Shown piece by piece: positions 1 through 8,950 of a DNA stretch of 47,853 nt. The stretch spans positions 1 to 47,853 of the forward strand of contig CAZUNU010000003.1 in the NCBI GenBank assembly GCA_964622105.1. The letters run 5' to 3'. This stretch comes from an uncultured Sangeribacter sp. (GTDB taxonomy: Bacteria; Bacteroidota; Bacteroidia; Bacteroidales; Muribaculaceae). Made by a program: the position numbers and the translations under genes. Numbering within the stretch: position 1 is the stretch's first letter; each line of letters starts with the position of its first letter. The notes below the pieces were generated by a model. The model did not search any database. It worked only from the letters and a program-made list of their open reading frames with translations, and was not told the origin of the DNA.

Positions 1-176
1 TTCTTTTTATTGACGTAATTATAAAACTCCTTGATGCCGAACATGTTGCCATGATCAGTCAAGGCTATGCCACGCATTCCGTCGGCGATAGCTTTATCTA
101 CAAGTTCAGGGATTGATGCCTTTCCATCAAGAAGGCTATATTGAGAGTGTACGTGCAAGTGTACAAAAGGAATCAT
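1..176 (-). CDS. dnaE: DNA polymerase III alpha subunit, N-terminal PHP domain (runs off the left edge)
   Basis: Not in the ORF track. The reverse complement from CAT at 174-176 translates MIPFVHLHVHSQYSLLDGKASIPELVDKAIADGMRGIALTDHGNMFGIKEFYNYVNKK, with the DnaE PHP motifs HLHxHSxYSLLDG and ALTDHGNMFG. Confidence 0.95.
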   Translation of the reverse strand, partial: MIPFVHLHVHSQYSLLDGKASIPELVDKAIADGMRGIALTDHGNMFGIKEFYNYVNKK

Positions 177-292
177 GAGTAATCGTTTTATTCTGAAGGG
201 TCAGGCCTTTGAATCGAGCAACAGCCGGTTTAAGAAAACAGCAGCTCTAAATGAATGCCAAAAAGCAATGGTTGCCGCTGTTTCTACTTCTG

Positions 293-300
293 CAAAAATA
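293..300 (-). promoter_or_regulatory. Bacteroidetes housekeeping -7 promoter element for dnaE
   Basis: Minus strand TATTTTTG(CA) matches TAnnTTTG, about 115 nt upstream of the dnaE start. Confidence 0.55.
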
Positions 301-553
301 ATAAAAAAAACTCAATTAACTAAGTTTCCCCTCTTAATTTATATTAAGACCAAGGTTTGCGTATAGAAATCAAAAGTTTGATAAAAAGTTTTAAGGTTAA
401 AGTAAGTCATGGTAATAACATTGGACATTGAAAGAAAGATGAGATATTTCGAGATTACATAGATGGAATATTACACTAAGGATTGAGTAGAACTGACTGT
501 TTAATGTGATTTAAAAACTATGTTGAAGGGGTATGTCGTAAAACATATGGAGA

Positions 554-588
554 TTTGTTGATAATTTTAGAATATTAAATTAAATTTG
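554..588 (+). promoter_or_regulatory. Putative housekeeping promoter upstream of ald
   Basis: TAAATTTG at 581-588 (TAnnTTTG), with TTTG/GTTG 20-23 nt upstream. Confidence 0.45.
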
Positions 589-952
589 AACCGACAAGTA
601 CCATTAATCTGTCTTCAGTCTTTTCTTCAAGTTTGAGTCTGACGCATGATTCTTACAAGAAGCTTTGATTCTAATAAGGAAGAGAGCGTATGTCATAATA
701 GATAATACGGTGAAATTTAGGCCCATCGCTTTGCGATGTAGCATTGAATATCAAATGGGTATCCAAACGTGCCAATGGCATGTCCCTACAATTATTGAAT
801 TTTGACACACAATCAAGCTAACCGGGGAAGCAGAGATTCCAGAATAGAAGTATTCTAACGGGAATATTAACAGTGTAAGAGGGTTCATGATTAGAATCGA
901 CCGGAGGAAAAGGCAGGATGCAATGTTTAACCATCTAATACTTTTTTAGACT

Positions 953-2059
953 ATGATTATCGGAATTCCCAAAGAGATTAAGAACAATGAGAACAGAGTA
1001 GGCATGACTCCTGCAGGTGTCAAAGAACTCATAAACCATGGGCATACGGTGTATGTGCAGCACACGGCAGGTGAGGGTTCAGGATTTCCTGATGAGGAGT
1101 ATGTTGCGGTAGGAGCAACTGTTCTCCCTACAATCGAGGAGGTATACGATATCGCTGAAATGATTATCAAGGTCAAAGAGCCGATAGAGCCTGAGTATAA
1201 ATTGATAAAGAAGAATCAAGTGGTGTTCACCTACTTCCACTTCGCTTCTGACAGGGAACTTACATTGGCTATGATCGAATCCGGAGCGGTTTGCATTGCT
1301 TATGAGACAGTTTTAGGTCCGCAAGGTGGACTTCCTCTTCTCATTCCTATGAGTGAGGTGGCAGGAAGAATGTCGGTTCAGGAGGGTGCTCGTTTCCTTG
1401 AGAAACCTCAGGGTGGCAGAGGTGTCTTGTTAGGTGGTGTTCCTGGAGTGAAGCCTGCTAAAGTGCTCGTGATCGGAGCCGGAGTAGTCGGTCGTAACGC
1501 TGCCTTGATGGCTGCCGGTTTGGGTGCCGACGTTACTATTACAGATATATCACTGCCTACACTTCGCCATCTTGCTGAAGTTATGCCGGCAAATGTGAAG
1601 ACTCTCTATTCATCACGCCATAATATCGAAACTGAACTTCCGACTACCGATCTCGTGATAGGTTCAGTATTGATTCCGGGTGCCAAAGCACCCAAGCTGG
1701 TGACCAAAGATATGGTAGGCTTGATGAGAAAAGGCTCAGTGATGGTAGACGTGGCCATCGATCAGGGCGGTTGCTTCGAGACCTCTCATCCAACCACTCA
1801 CTCTGAGCCGATATATGAGGTTAACGGTATCGTTCATTATGCAGTCACCAATATTCCGGGTGCTGTGCCCTACACATCTACATTGGCGCTCACCAATGCC
1901 ACGTTGCCCTATGCCCTCAAACTCGCCGACCTCGGTTGGAAGGTGGCATGCAGTAAAGACGCCGGTCTTGCTGAGGGTGTAAACATTGAAGATGGCAAGG
2001 TGACTTATAAAGCCGTTGCTGAGGCTTGGGATCTTCCCTATGTGCCATTAGCTCTCTGA
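953..2059 (+). CDS. ald: Alanine dehydrogenase
   Basis: 368 aa; MIIGIPKEIKNNENRV start, IKVKEP, GAGVVG Rossmann motif, DVAIDQGGCFETS, NIPGAVP. Confidence 0.96.
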   Translation: MIIGIPKEIKNNENRVGMTPAGVKELINHGHTVYVQHTAGEGSGFPDEEYVAVGATVLPTIEEVYDIAEMIIKVKEPIEPEYKLIKKNQVVFTYFHFASDRELTLAMIESGAVCIAYETVLGPQGGLPLLIPMSEVAGRMSVQEGARFLEKPQGGRGVLLGGVPGVKPAKVLVIGAGVVGRNAALMAAGLGADVTITDISLPTLRHLAEVMPANVKTLYSSRHNIETELPTTDLVIGSVLIPGAKAPKLVTKDMVGLMRKGSVMVDVAIDQGGCFETSHPTTHSEPIYEVNGIVHYAVTNIPGAVPYTSTLALTNATLPYALKLADLGWKVACSKDAGLAEGVNIEDGKVTYKAVAEAWDLPYVPLAL

Positions 2060-2146
2060 AATATGCTCAGTTTTAAAGATGCTGAGAGAAATTTATTGTA
2101 AAACATACTTGTTTTCGTTTTGAATGCGAAGTTTGGGGTGCTTCAA

Positions 2147-2178
2147 TTTGCTCAATTAAGAAGCAATGGTTACTTTTG
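2147..2178 (+). promoter_or_regulatory. Housekeeping promoter (-33/-7) of the S41 protease operon
   Basis: TTTG (2147-2150), 20 nt spacer, TACTTTTG (2171-2178): a full match to the Bacteroides consensus. Confidence 0.7.
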
Positions 2179-2194
2179 CATTTAAAATCCACAT

Positions 2195-2238
2195 TTTTTC
2201 CCGTTGGGACGCATTTAAATGCCTCCCAACGGGAAAAA
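2195..2238. repeat. 44-bp near-perfect palindrome in the 5' UTR
   Basis: TTTTTCCCGTTGGGA-C-GCATTTAAATGC-C-TCCCAACGGGAAAAA, with one C/C mismatch. Confidence 0.9.
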
Positions 2239-2262
2239 GAATTAATAAGTTTCCCAACATTT

Positions 2263-5200
2263 ATGAAACGTTACATAGCAACAACCCTGCTTGCGGGAGC
2301 CATGCTTACCGCTGTAGGAGCTGAGAATGCACGATGGCTACGCGATGCAGCCATTTCTCCAGACGGCACAACTGTAGCCTTCACATATAAAGGTGATATC
2401 TTTACAGTTCCTGTGACCGGCGGCGAGGCACGCCAGATTACCTCTAACAACGCTTATGATGCCAAGCCCGTCTGGACTCCGGATGGTAGCCGCATTGTAT
2501 TCATGAGCACACGTGAAGGATCAAGAGATATCTTCGTGACTTCTGCAAAGGGTGGCACTCCCAGACGCCTTACCACATCGAGCGGTTCGGAGCAGCCTCT
2601 TACATTCATTAATGATTCCACTCTTCTCTTCAATGCAGCTGATCTTCCGGGTCGCACCACAGCTCGCGCCCCATTTCAGACACAGCTCTATTCCATCAAT
2701 ATCAATCGTGAGTCGCCACGTCCAAAATTGTTCCTGTCGTTGCCTGTGGTTTCAGCATCTGCCAATGCCAAAGGGCAACTACTCTATCAAGACCGAAAAG
2801 GTGTAGAAGATGTGCTCCGTAAGCATGAGCGTTCATCAGGCACAGCCGACGTTTGGCTTTACAGCAACGGAGATTTCACTCAACTTACAGACTTCAATGG
2901 TGGTGATCAGTCGCCTGTTTGGGGTGAAGGGGATACATATTATTATATAAGTGAAAAAGATGGAACTTTGAACGTATTCGAAGGCAAACTCGGCAGTAAA
3001 GCTGACCGTCAGCTTACAAAATTCACCAAACATCCGGTTCGTTCACTCTCGTCTGCCAGAAATGGTTTGCTTGCCTTCTCTTGGGATGGCGACCTTTATA
3101 CTATGCGTCCCGGTCAGGAGCCTCAGAAGCTTAACGTATTGGTTACTGCAGATGATTATGACCGAGATCTTGTGAAACGTTATGTATCCGGTGGCGCTTC
3201 AAATATTGCTGTTTCACCGGAAGGCAACGAGGTTGCTTTTATTCTCAGAGGTGAGCTTTATGTGACGTCTTCAGATTATAAGACAACCAAAAGAATAACC
3301 GACACGCCGGCCCAGGAGCGCTCGGCATCCTTTTCAGCAGATGGCCGCACTCTCGTATTCGATAGCGATGTTGACGGAATCTGGCAACTCTTCACGGCCA
3401 AGATAAAGGATGATAAGGAGAAGCAGTTTGCCTATGCTACAGACATCGAGATTGAACCCCTTTATAAGTGCGCCACTTCAGCAATGCGCCCCGTGTTCTC
3501 TCCCGATGGAAAGAAAGTTGCTTTCCTTGAAGACCGCACCACCCTTAAAGTGATTGACGTTGATACAAAGAAAGTAACAACCGTACTCGACGGTAAATAC
3601 AACTACTCTTATTCTGATGGAGACATACCGTTTGTGTGGAGTCCGGACAGCGAGTATCTGCTTGTATCTTATATCGGCGAAGGAGGTTGGAATAATATAG
3701 ATATCGCTCTTGTTAAGGCTGACGGCTCGGAAGTAGTGAATCTCACTGAGAGCGGTCATGCTGCCGGCAGTCCTCAATGGGCTCTCAATGGAAAGGCCGT
3801 AATGTTCACTACCGGTAAATACGGTATGAAGGCGCAAGGTTCCTGGGGTAATCAGGAAGACATTGTGATAATGGGTCTTGACGGCGAGGCTTGGGACGCT
3901 TTCAATTTTACGGAAGAGGAGGCTAAACTCGCTGCCAAAGAGGAATCAGAAAAGGAAGATTCCAACAAGGATAAAGACAGCAAGAAAGACAAGAAGGGAA
4001 AGAAAGATAAGAAGGAGGCTAAAGAGGTAAAGAAATCCGAGCCTCTTGATATTGCAAACCGCCGTTATCGCACCCGTCGTCTGACCAATCGCTCAGCCAG
4101 CATATGGGATTACTATCTCGACCCTAAGGGAGAGAAACTATATTATGTGGCCGGGGCTACCGAAGGTGGCTACAACGTCCACATGATAAACCTCAAGAAA
4201 GGTGAGAACAAGGTTTTACTCAAAGGTATAGCCGGTTCGCTTGTGCCTGATAAGAAAGGGGAGAACCTGTTCATAAATACCGGTAACGGTATCAAGAAGC
4301 TCAACCTTTCAAGTTCAGATGTAAAGGATATTGAATTTGAGGCTCCATATGACCGTAAACCCTCACTTGAGCGAGCTTACATCTTCGACCATATGGCCAA
4401 GCAAGTGGCTGATAAATTCTACGATGAGAATCTGCACGGTGTAGACTGGCAATACTATACAGATCATTATCGCGAATTCCTTCCTTATATCTCAAATAAT
4501 GAGGATTTCGCTATCCTTCTTAGTGAGATTTTGGGTGAGCTCAACGCTTCTCATACAGGCGGCCGTTATTATGGCAATGGACCATCTCTTTATACCGCTT
4601 CATTGGGCGCTTATTTTGACGACAGTTATGCCGGTGAGGGTCTAAAGATTGCAGAGATTTTCCCACGCGGACCGTTGGCAACCAAAAAAGCTGATGTGAA
4701 TGTAGGCGATGTGATTATGTCGATTGATGGCGTCACTATCGAACCTGACACTGATTACCTACCATTGTTGGAAGGAAAGGCCGGAAAGAAAGTAAGAATC
4801 GGAATCAGAAAGCCGGGTGGCCAGTTACATTTCGCAACTGTTAAACCGATCTCAACGGGCGTTCAGTCGCAGATGGCTTACGACAGATGGATTGAACACA
4901 ACGAGCAGGTGGTTGACAGTATTTCCGGAGGTCGCATCGGCTACGTTCATATAAAAGGAATGGATGGCAACAGCTATCAGACAGTGTATGACCGTATCCT
5001 TGGCAAATATAGAAATTGCGATGCAGTGGTTGTGGACACTCGTCATAACGGTGGTGGCTGGCTCCACAATGACATTGCAGTGCTTCTCAATGGCAAAGAA
5101 TACGTCACATTCAAACCCCGTGGCAGAGAAATCGGCCATGAGCCCTTCGCTCAATGGACAAAGCCTTCGGTAATGCTTGTTGACGAAAGCAATTACAGTG

Positions 5201-5496
5201 ACGCACACGGCACACCTTACACCTATCAGTATCTCGGCATAGGTGATGTGGTAGGCGCACCTATTCCCGGAACTATGACCGCTGTATGGTGGGAAACACA
5301 GATTGATCCCACATTGATTTTCGGCATACCACAGGTGACCAACGTGGCGATGGATGGCACGGTGCTTGAGAATCATCAGTTGAATCCGGATGTGATCATA
5401 TATAATGCCCCGGCTGACATAGAAAAGGGTGTTGATTCACAGCTTGAAGGTGCTGTTAGACATTTGATGAATAAAACGAAAAACAATAAAAAATGA
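2263..5496 (+). CDS. Tricorn-like S41 family peptidase (signal peptide, PD40 beta-propellers, PDZ, S41 catalytic domain)
   Basis: Likely start is MKRYIATTLLAGAML at 2263 (signal peptide) rather than 2176. SPDG repeats, GELNASH, DTRHNGGG, catalytic NYSDAH. Confidence 0.9.
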   Translation: MKRYIATTLLAGAMLTAVGAENARWLRDAAISPDGTTVAFTYKGDIFTVPVTGGEARQITSNNAYDAKPVWTPDGSRIVFMSTREGSRDIFVTSAKGGTPRRLTTSSGSEQPLTFINDSTLLFNAADLPGRTTARAPFQTQLYSININRESPRPKLFLSLPVVSASANAKGQLLYQDRKGVEDVLRKHERSSGTADVWLYSNGDFTQLTDFNGGDQSPVWGEGDTYYYISEKDGTLNVFEGKLGSKADRQLTKFTKHPVRSLSSARNGLLAFSWDGDLYTMRPGQEPQKLNVLVTADDYDRDLVKRYVSGGASNIAVSPEGNEVAFILRGELYVTSSDYKTTKRITDTPAQERSASFSADGRTLVFDSDVDGIWQLFTAKIKDDKEKQFAYATDIEIEPLYKCATSAMRPVFSPDGKKVAFLEDRTTLKVIDVDTKKVTTVLDGKYNYSYSDGDIPFVWSPDSEYLLVSYIGEGGWNNIDIALVKADGSEVVNLTESGHAAGSPQWALNGKAVMFTTGKYGMKAQGSWGNQEDIVIMGLDGEAWDAFNFTEEEAKLAAKEESEKEDSNKDKDSKKDKKGKKDKKEAKEVKKSEPLDIANRRYRTRRLTNRSASIWDYYLDPKGEKLYYVAGATEGGYNVHMINLKKGENKVLLKGIAGSLVPDKKGENLFINTGNGIKKLNLSSSDVKDIEFEAPYDRKPSLERAYIFDHMAKQVADKFYDENLHGVDWQYYTDHYREFLPYISNNEDFAILLSEILGELNASHTGGRYYGNGPSLYTASLGAYFDDSYAGEGLKIAEIFPRGPLATKKADVNVGDVIMSIDGVTIEPDTDYLPLLEGKAGKKVRIGIRKPGGQLHFATVKPISTGVQSQMAYDRWIEHNEQVVDSISGGRIGYVHIKGMDGNSYQTVYDRILGKYRNCDAVVVDTRHNGGGWLHNDIAVLLNGKEYVTFKPRGREIGHEPFAQWTKPSVMLVDESNYSDAHGTPYTYQYLGIGDVVGAPIPGTMTAVWWETQIDPTLIFGIPQVTNVAMDGTVLENHQLNPDVIIYNAPADIEKGVDSQLEGAVRHLMNKTKNNKK

Positions 5497-8400
5497 AAAA
5501 TCTAATAGTTTCTACTCTCCTTGGCCTGAGTGTTTTCTCTGCCGCAGCGATAACTCCCCTGTGGACAAGAGATGTGCGTATCTCTCCCGATGGCAAGCAG
5601 ATCGCCTTCACATATAAAGGCGATATTTACACGGTGAGTACTCAAGGTGGTTCCGCACGACAGATCACTACCGGTGAATCTTATGAAAGTAATCCCATAT
5701 GGTCGCCAAATGGTGACAAGATTGCTTATGCTTCCGACAAAAATGGAGGTCGCGACATTTATATTGCCGGTGTTGACGGATCAAATCCTCAGCGTCTCAC
5801 CTTCAACTCTGCCAAACAGACTCCGGAAGGTTTTACTCCTGATGGAAAAAATGTAATATTCTCTGCTACAATACAAGATCCCGCTGATGGAGTGAATCCT
5901 CCGTTCGGCAGACTCAGTGAACTCTATACTGTGCCTGTCGAGGGTGGAAGGATTACCCAGATGCTCTCGACTCCGGCGGTAAACATCTCAGTATTGCCTG
6001 ATGGTAAGATTCTCTTTGAGGATATCAAGGGTATGGAAGACAAATGGCGCAAGCATCATACCTCATCTGTGACGAGAGATATCTGGATCTACAATCCGGC
6101 TGACGGAAGCTTCAAGAATCTTACGGCTCATGCGGGTGAAGATCGTTATCCGGCTGCCAATGCTGCAAACGGTTCCTGGTATTTCCTCTCAGAAAGAGAT
6201 GGAGATTCATTCAATGTGTATGAGGCACAGTCGATGACTCCCGGCACTCCTATCAAGAAACTTACAAATTTCTCCGGCAATCCTGTTCGTTTCCTCAGCA
6301 TCGCTGATAATGGGACTATGGCTTTCACTTATGATGGAGAAATCTATACTATGGGTAAAGGTGGCCAACCCGTCAAGACACCTATCGATGTGAAAGAGGT
6401 AGTAGATGAAGAGGTCGCCACATTGCCGATCACAGGGGCTTCTGGTGCCACCATTTCTAAAGATGGCAAGCAGTTGGCTTTCACCGTGAGAGGAGAGGTT
6501 TTCGTTACTTCATCAGAGTATCCGTCAACAAAGCAGATTACCCATACACCCGCTATGGAGGGTGAACTTTCCTGGGGTGCCGATGGTCGCACACTCTATT
6601 ACTCCTCATTGAGAGATGGGAATTCAAATATCTACAAGGCTTCAATCGCTCGCAAAGATGATCCAAATTTCTCAAACGCAACCCTTATTGATGAGGTAGC
6701 TCTGTTCCCCAATGATGGCATCGACAGAAATCATCCGTTGATTTCTCCTGATGGCAAGAAGATGGCTTTTATTTATGATCGCAACCGTCTGATGGTTATG
6801 GATCTTGCCTCAAAGAAGGTTACTTCACTTACTGATGAGCCTTTCACCAATTATCGTAATGGTAGCGCCGATTTCTCCTGGAGTCCGGATAGCAAACGCC
6901 TTGTGATGACAATCGCGAATCCAAGTCATGAACCATACGGAGATATCGCTATCATTGATGCCACAACCGGAGAGATTACTCCCGTGACACGCACGGGCTA
7001 CTTTGATGAAAGTGCGCGTTGGAGTCCTGATGGCAATGCTGTCCTTTGGTTGTCGGAGCGTTATGGCATGAGAAACCATGCTTCATGGGGTTCGGAATAT
7101 GATGTGATGATGGCATTCCTCAACAAGGAGGCTTACGACAAGTTCCGTCTTTCGGAAGAGGATTATGCTCTCCAGAAGGAAGTGGAAGATCAGCAGAAGA
7201 AGGCGGCAGCTAAAAAGAAGACTGACGATGCCGATAAGAATACAAAGAAGAAGGGTAGTAAATCAGACAAGAAAGATCAGAAAGATAATGCGGAAGCAAA
7301 AGAGGAATCTTCAAAGCTGATTGCTATTGAACCCGGAATAGAGGACCGAACTGTTCGTCTGACCCCCAACTCTACCCAGATTTCGGATTTTGCACTTTCA
7401 AAAGATGGAGAGACTCTTTATTATCTCGCAGCCTATGAAGGTGGCTATGATCTCTGGAAAGCAAATCTGCGTAAAGGCGACGTTTCTATTGCCAAGAAGC
7501 TTGGCGCCTCTGGCAGCATAGAGACTGATAAAGACGGCAATCTTTATATCCTTGGTCGTCAGGCCAAGAAATTCAATCCTAAATCTTCAGATTTGAAAAA
7601 CATCTCCGTTTCCGGCAAGGTCAAGATTGACCGTGCTAAAGAACGAGAGGCAATGTTTGACTATATGAAGCGCGAGGCCCGGGAGAGATTCTATCTTCCT
7701 GAGATGCCTGTGGATTGGGAAAGCTATACTGAGAACTATCGCAAGTTCCTTCCTCACATCAATAATAACTACGACTTTGCCGACATGCTCGGCGAGCTCC
7801 TCGGCGAATTGAACGTATCGCACTCCGGTGGCCGTTATTCAGACGCAGGTGCAAAGGAGCAGACCGCTTCATTAGGCCTTCTGTTTGATATGACTGATAA
7901 TGGTCAGGGCCTTATCATAGATGAGGTTTTGGCTGGAGGACCGTTTGATCGAGCCACCACTCAAGTAGCGAAAGGCGATGTAGTGACTGCAATTAACGGT
8001 GAGAAAGTGACAGCTGATTCCGACTGGTCGAAACTTCTTAATGATCAGACAAGGAAGAAAACGCTCGTATCTTTCCGCAATCCGAAGACAGGAAAGGAAT
8101 GGGACGAAGTGATACTGCCTATTTCAAACGGTGCTGTTAATAATCTTCTTTATAACCGTTGGATTAAGCACAACGAGCAAGAGGTAGAGAAGCTTTCCAA
8201 TGGTCGTTTGGGCTACGTTCATATCAAGTCTATGGATGATGGTAGTTTCCGTAAAATATACTCCAAACTCCTTGGTGAATATATTGATAAGGAGGGTATC
8301 GTGATTGATACACGCTGGAACGGTGGCGGACGTTTGCACGAGGATATTGAAGTGCTGTTCAGTGGCGATAAATATGTGACTCAGGAGATTCACGGTCGTA

Positions 8401-8765
8401 AATCATCGGAAATGCCTTCAAGAAGATGGAACAAACCGAGCATCATGATAATTTGTGAGGCTAACTACAGTAATGCACATGGCACACCTTGGGTTTATAA
8501 GCACAAGAATCTTGGTAAACTCGTCGGTATGCCGGTACCCGGTACAATGTCGAGTGTCAACTGGATAAGGATGCAAGATCCGTCGATGGTATTCGGCGTG
8601 CCGGTTGTTGCATTCCGTACTAACGAGGGAGTGGTTCTTGAAAACACTCAGCTTGAACCTGATGTGAAGGTAGCTAATACCCCAGAAGAGCTTGCCAACG
8701 GCATCGACCGTCAGCTTGAGGTAGCCGTGAAGACAATCTTAAACGATATCGATGCTAAGAAATAA
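5493..8765 (+). CDS. Second tricorn-like S41 family peptidase (tandem paralogue)
   Basis: 1090 aa, signal peptide, same architecture (GELNVSH, DTRWNGGG, NYSNAH); ATGA start/stop overlap with the upstream gene. Confidence 0.9.
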   Translation: MKNLIVSTLLGLSVFSAAAITPLWTRDVRISPDGKQIAFTYKGDIYTVSTQGGSARQITTGESYESNPIWSPNGDKIAYASDKNGGRDIYIAGVDGSNPQRLTFNSAKQTPEGFTPDGKNVIFSATIQDPADGVNPPFGRLSELYTVPVEGGRITQMLSTPAVNISVLPDGKILFEDIKGMEDKWRKHHTSSVTRDIWIYNPADGSFKNLTAHAGEDRYPAANAANGSWYFLSERDGDSFNVYEAQSMTPGTPIKKLTNFSGNPVRFLSIADNGTMAFTYDGEIYTMGKGGQPVKTPIDVKEVVDEEVATLPITGASGATISKDGKQLAFTVRGEVFVTSSEYPSTKQITHTPAMEGELSWGADGRTLYYSSLRDGNSNIYKASIARKDDPNFSNATLIDEVALFPNDGIDRNHPLISPDGKKMAFIYDRNRLMVMDLASKKVTSLTDEPFTNYRNGSADFSWSPDSKRLVMTIANPSHEPYGDIAIIDATTGEITPVTRTGYFDESARWSPDGNAVLWLSERYGMRNHASWGSEYDVMMAFLNKEAYDKFRLSEEDYALQKEVEDQQKKAAAKKKTDDADKNTKKKGSKSDKKDQKDNAEAKEESSKLIAIEPGIEDRTVRLTPNSTQISDFALSKDGETLYYLAAYEGGYDLWKANLRKGDVSIAKKLGASGSIETDKDGNLYILGRQAKKFNPKSSDLKNISVSGKVKIDRAKEREAMFDYMKREARERFYLPEMPVDWESYTENYRKFLPHINNNYDFADMLGELLGELNVSHSGGRYSDAGAKEQTASLGLLFDMTDNGQGLIIDEVLAGGPFDRATTQVAKGDVVTAINGEKVTADSDWSKLLNDQTRKKTLVSFRNPKTGKEWDEVILPISNGAVNNLLYNRWIKHNEQEVEKLSNGRLGYVHIKSMDDGSFRKIYSKLLGEYIDKEGIVIDTRWNGGGRLHEDIEVLFSGDKYVTQEIHGRKSSEMPSRRWNKPSIMIICEANYSNAHGTPWVYKHKNLGKLVGMPVPGTMSSVNWIRMQDPSMVFGVPVVAFRTNEGVVLENTQLEPDVKVANTPEELANGIDRQLEVAVKTILNDIDAKK

Positions 8766-8787
8766 TCTATAGTTCTAAAAACAATAG

Positions 8788-8830
8788 GGTAGACGCTTCA
8801 GAGAATAAGCTGAAGCGTCTATCTTTTTTT
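8788..8830 (+). terminator. Rho-independent terminator
   Basis: Stem TAGACGCTTCAG/CTGAAGCGTCTA followed by a T7 run. Confidence 0.85.
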
Positions 8831-8950
8831 ATACTTGGATATTTCATCTTTTTGACAGCGCAGACTGAGGATTTTATCATTTTATTTGGAGATGTGTGGA
8901 AAAATGTCTAAATTCGCATAAAAATAACACAACTATTATTATTCTGATTA

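Noticed and set aside
175-366. 63-aa plus-strand ORF
   Set aside because: It lies antisense over the dnaE leader and promoter and has no recognisable motif.
2176-2262. Extended N-terminus of the first S41 protease
   Set aside because: It overlaps the promoter and palindrome; the signal peptide starts at ATG 2263.
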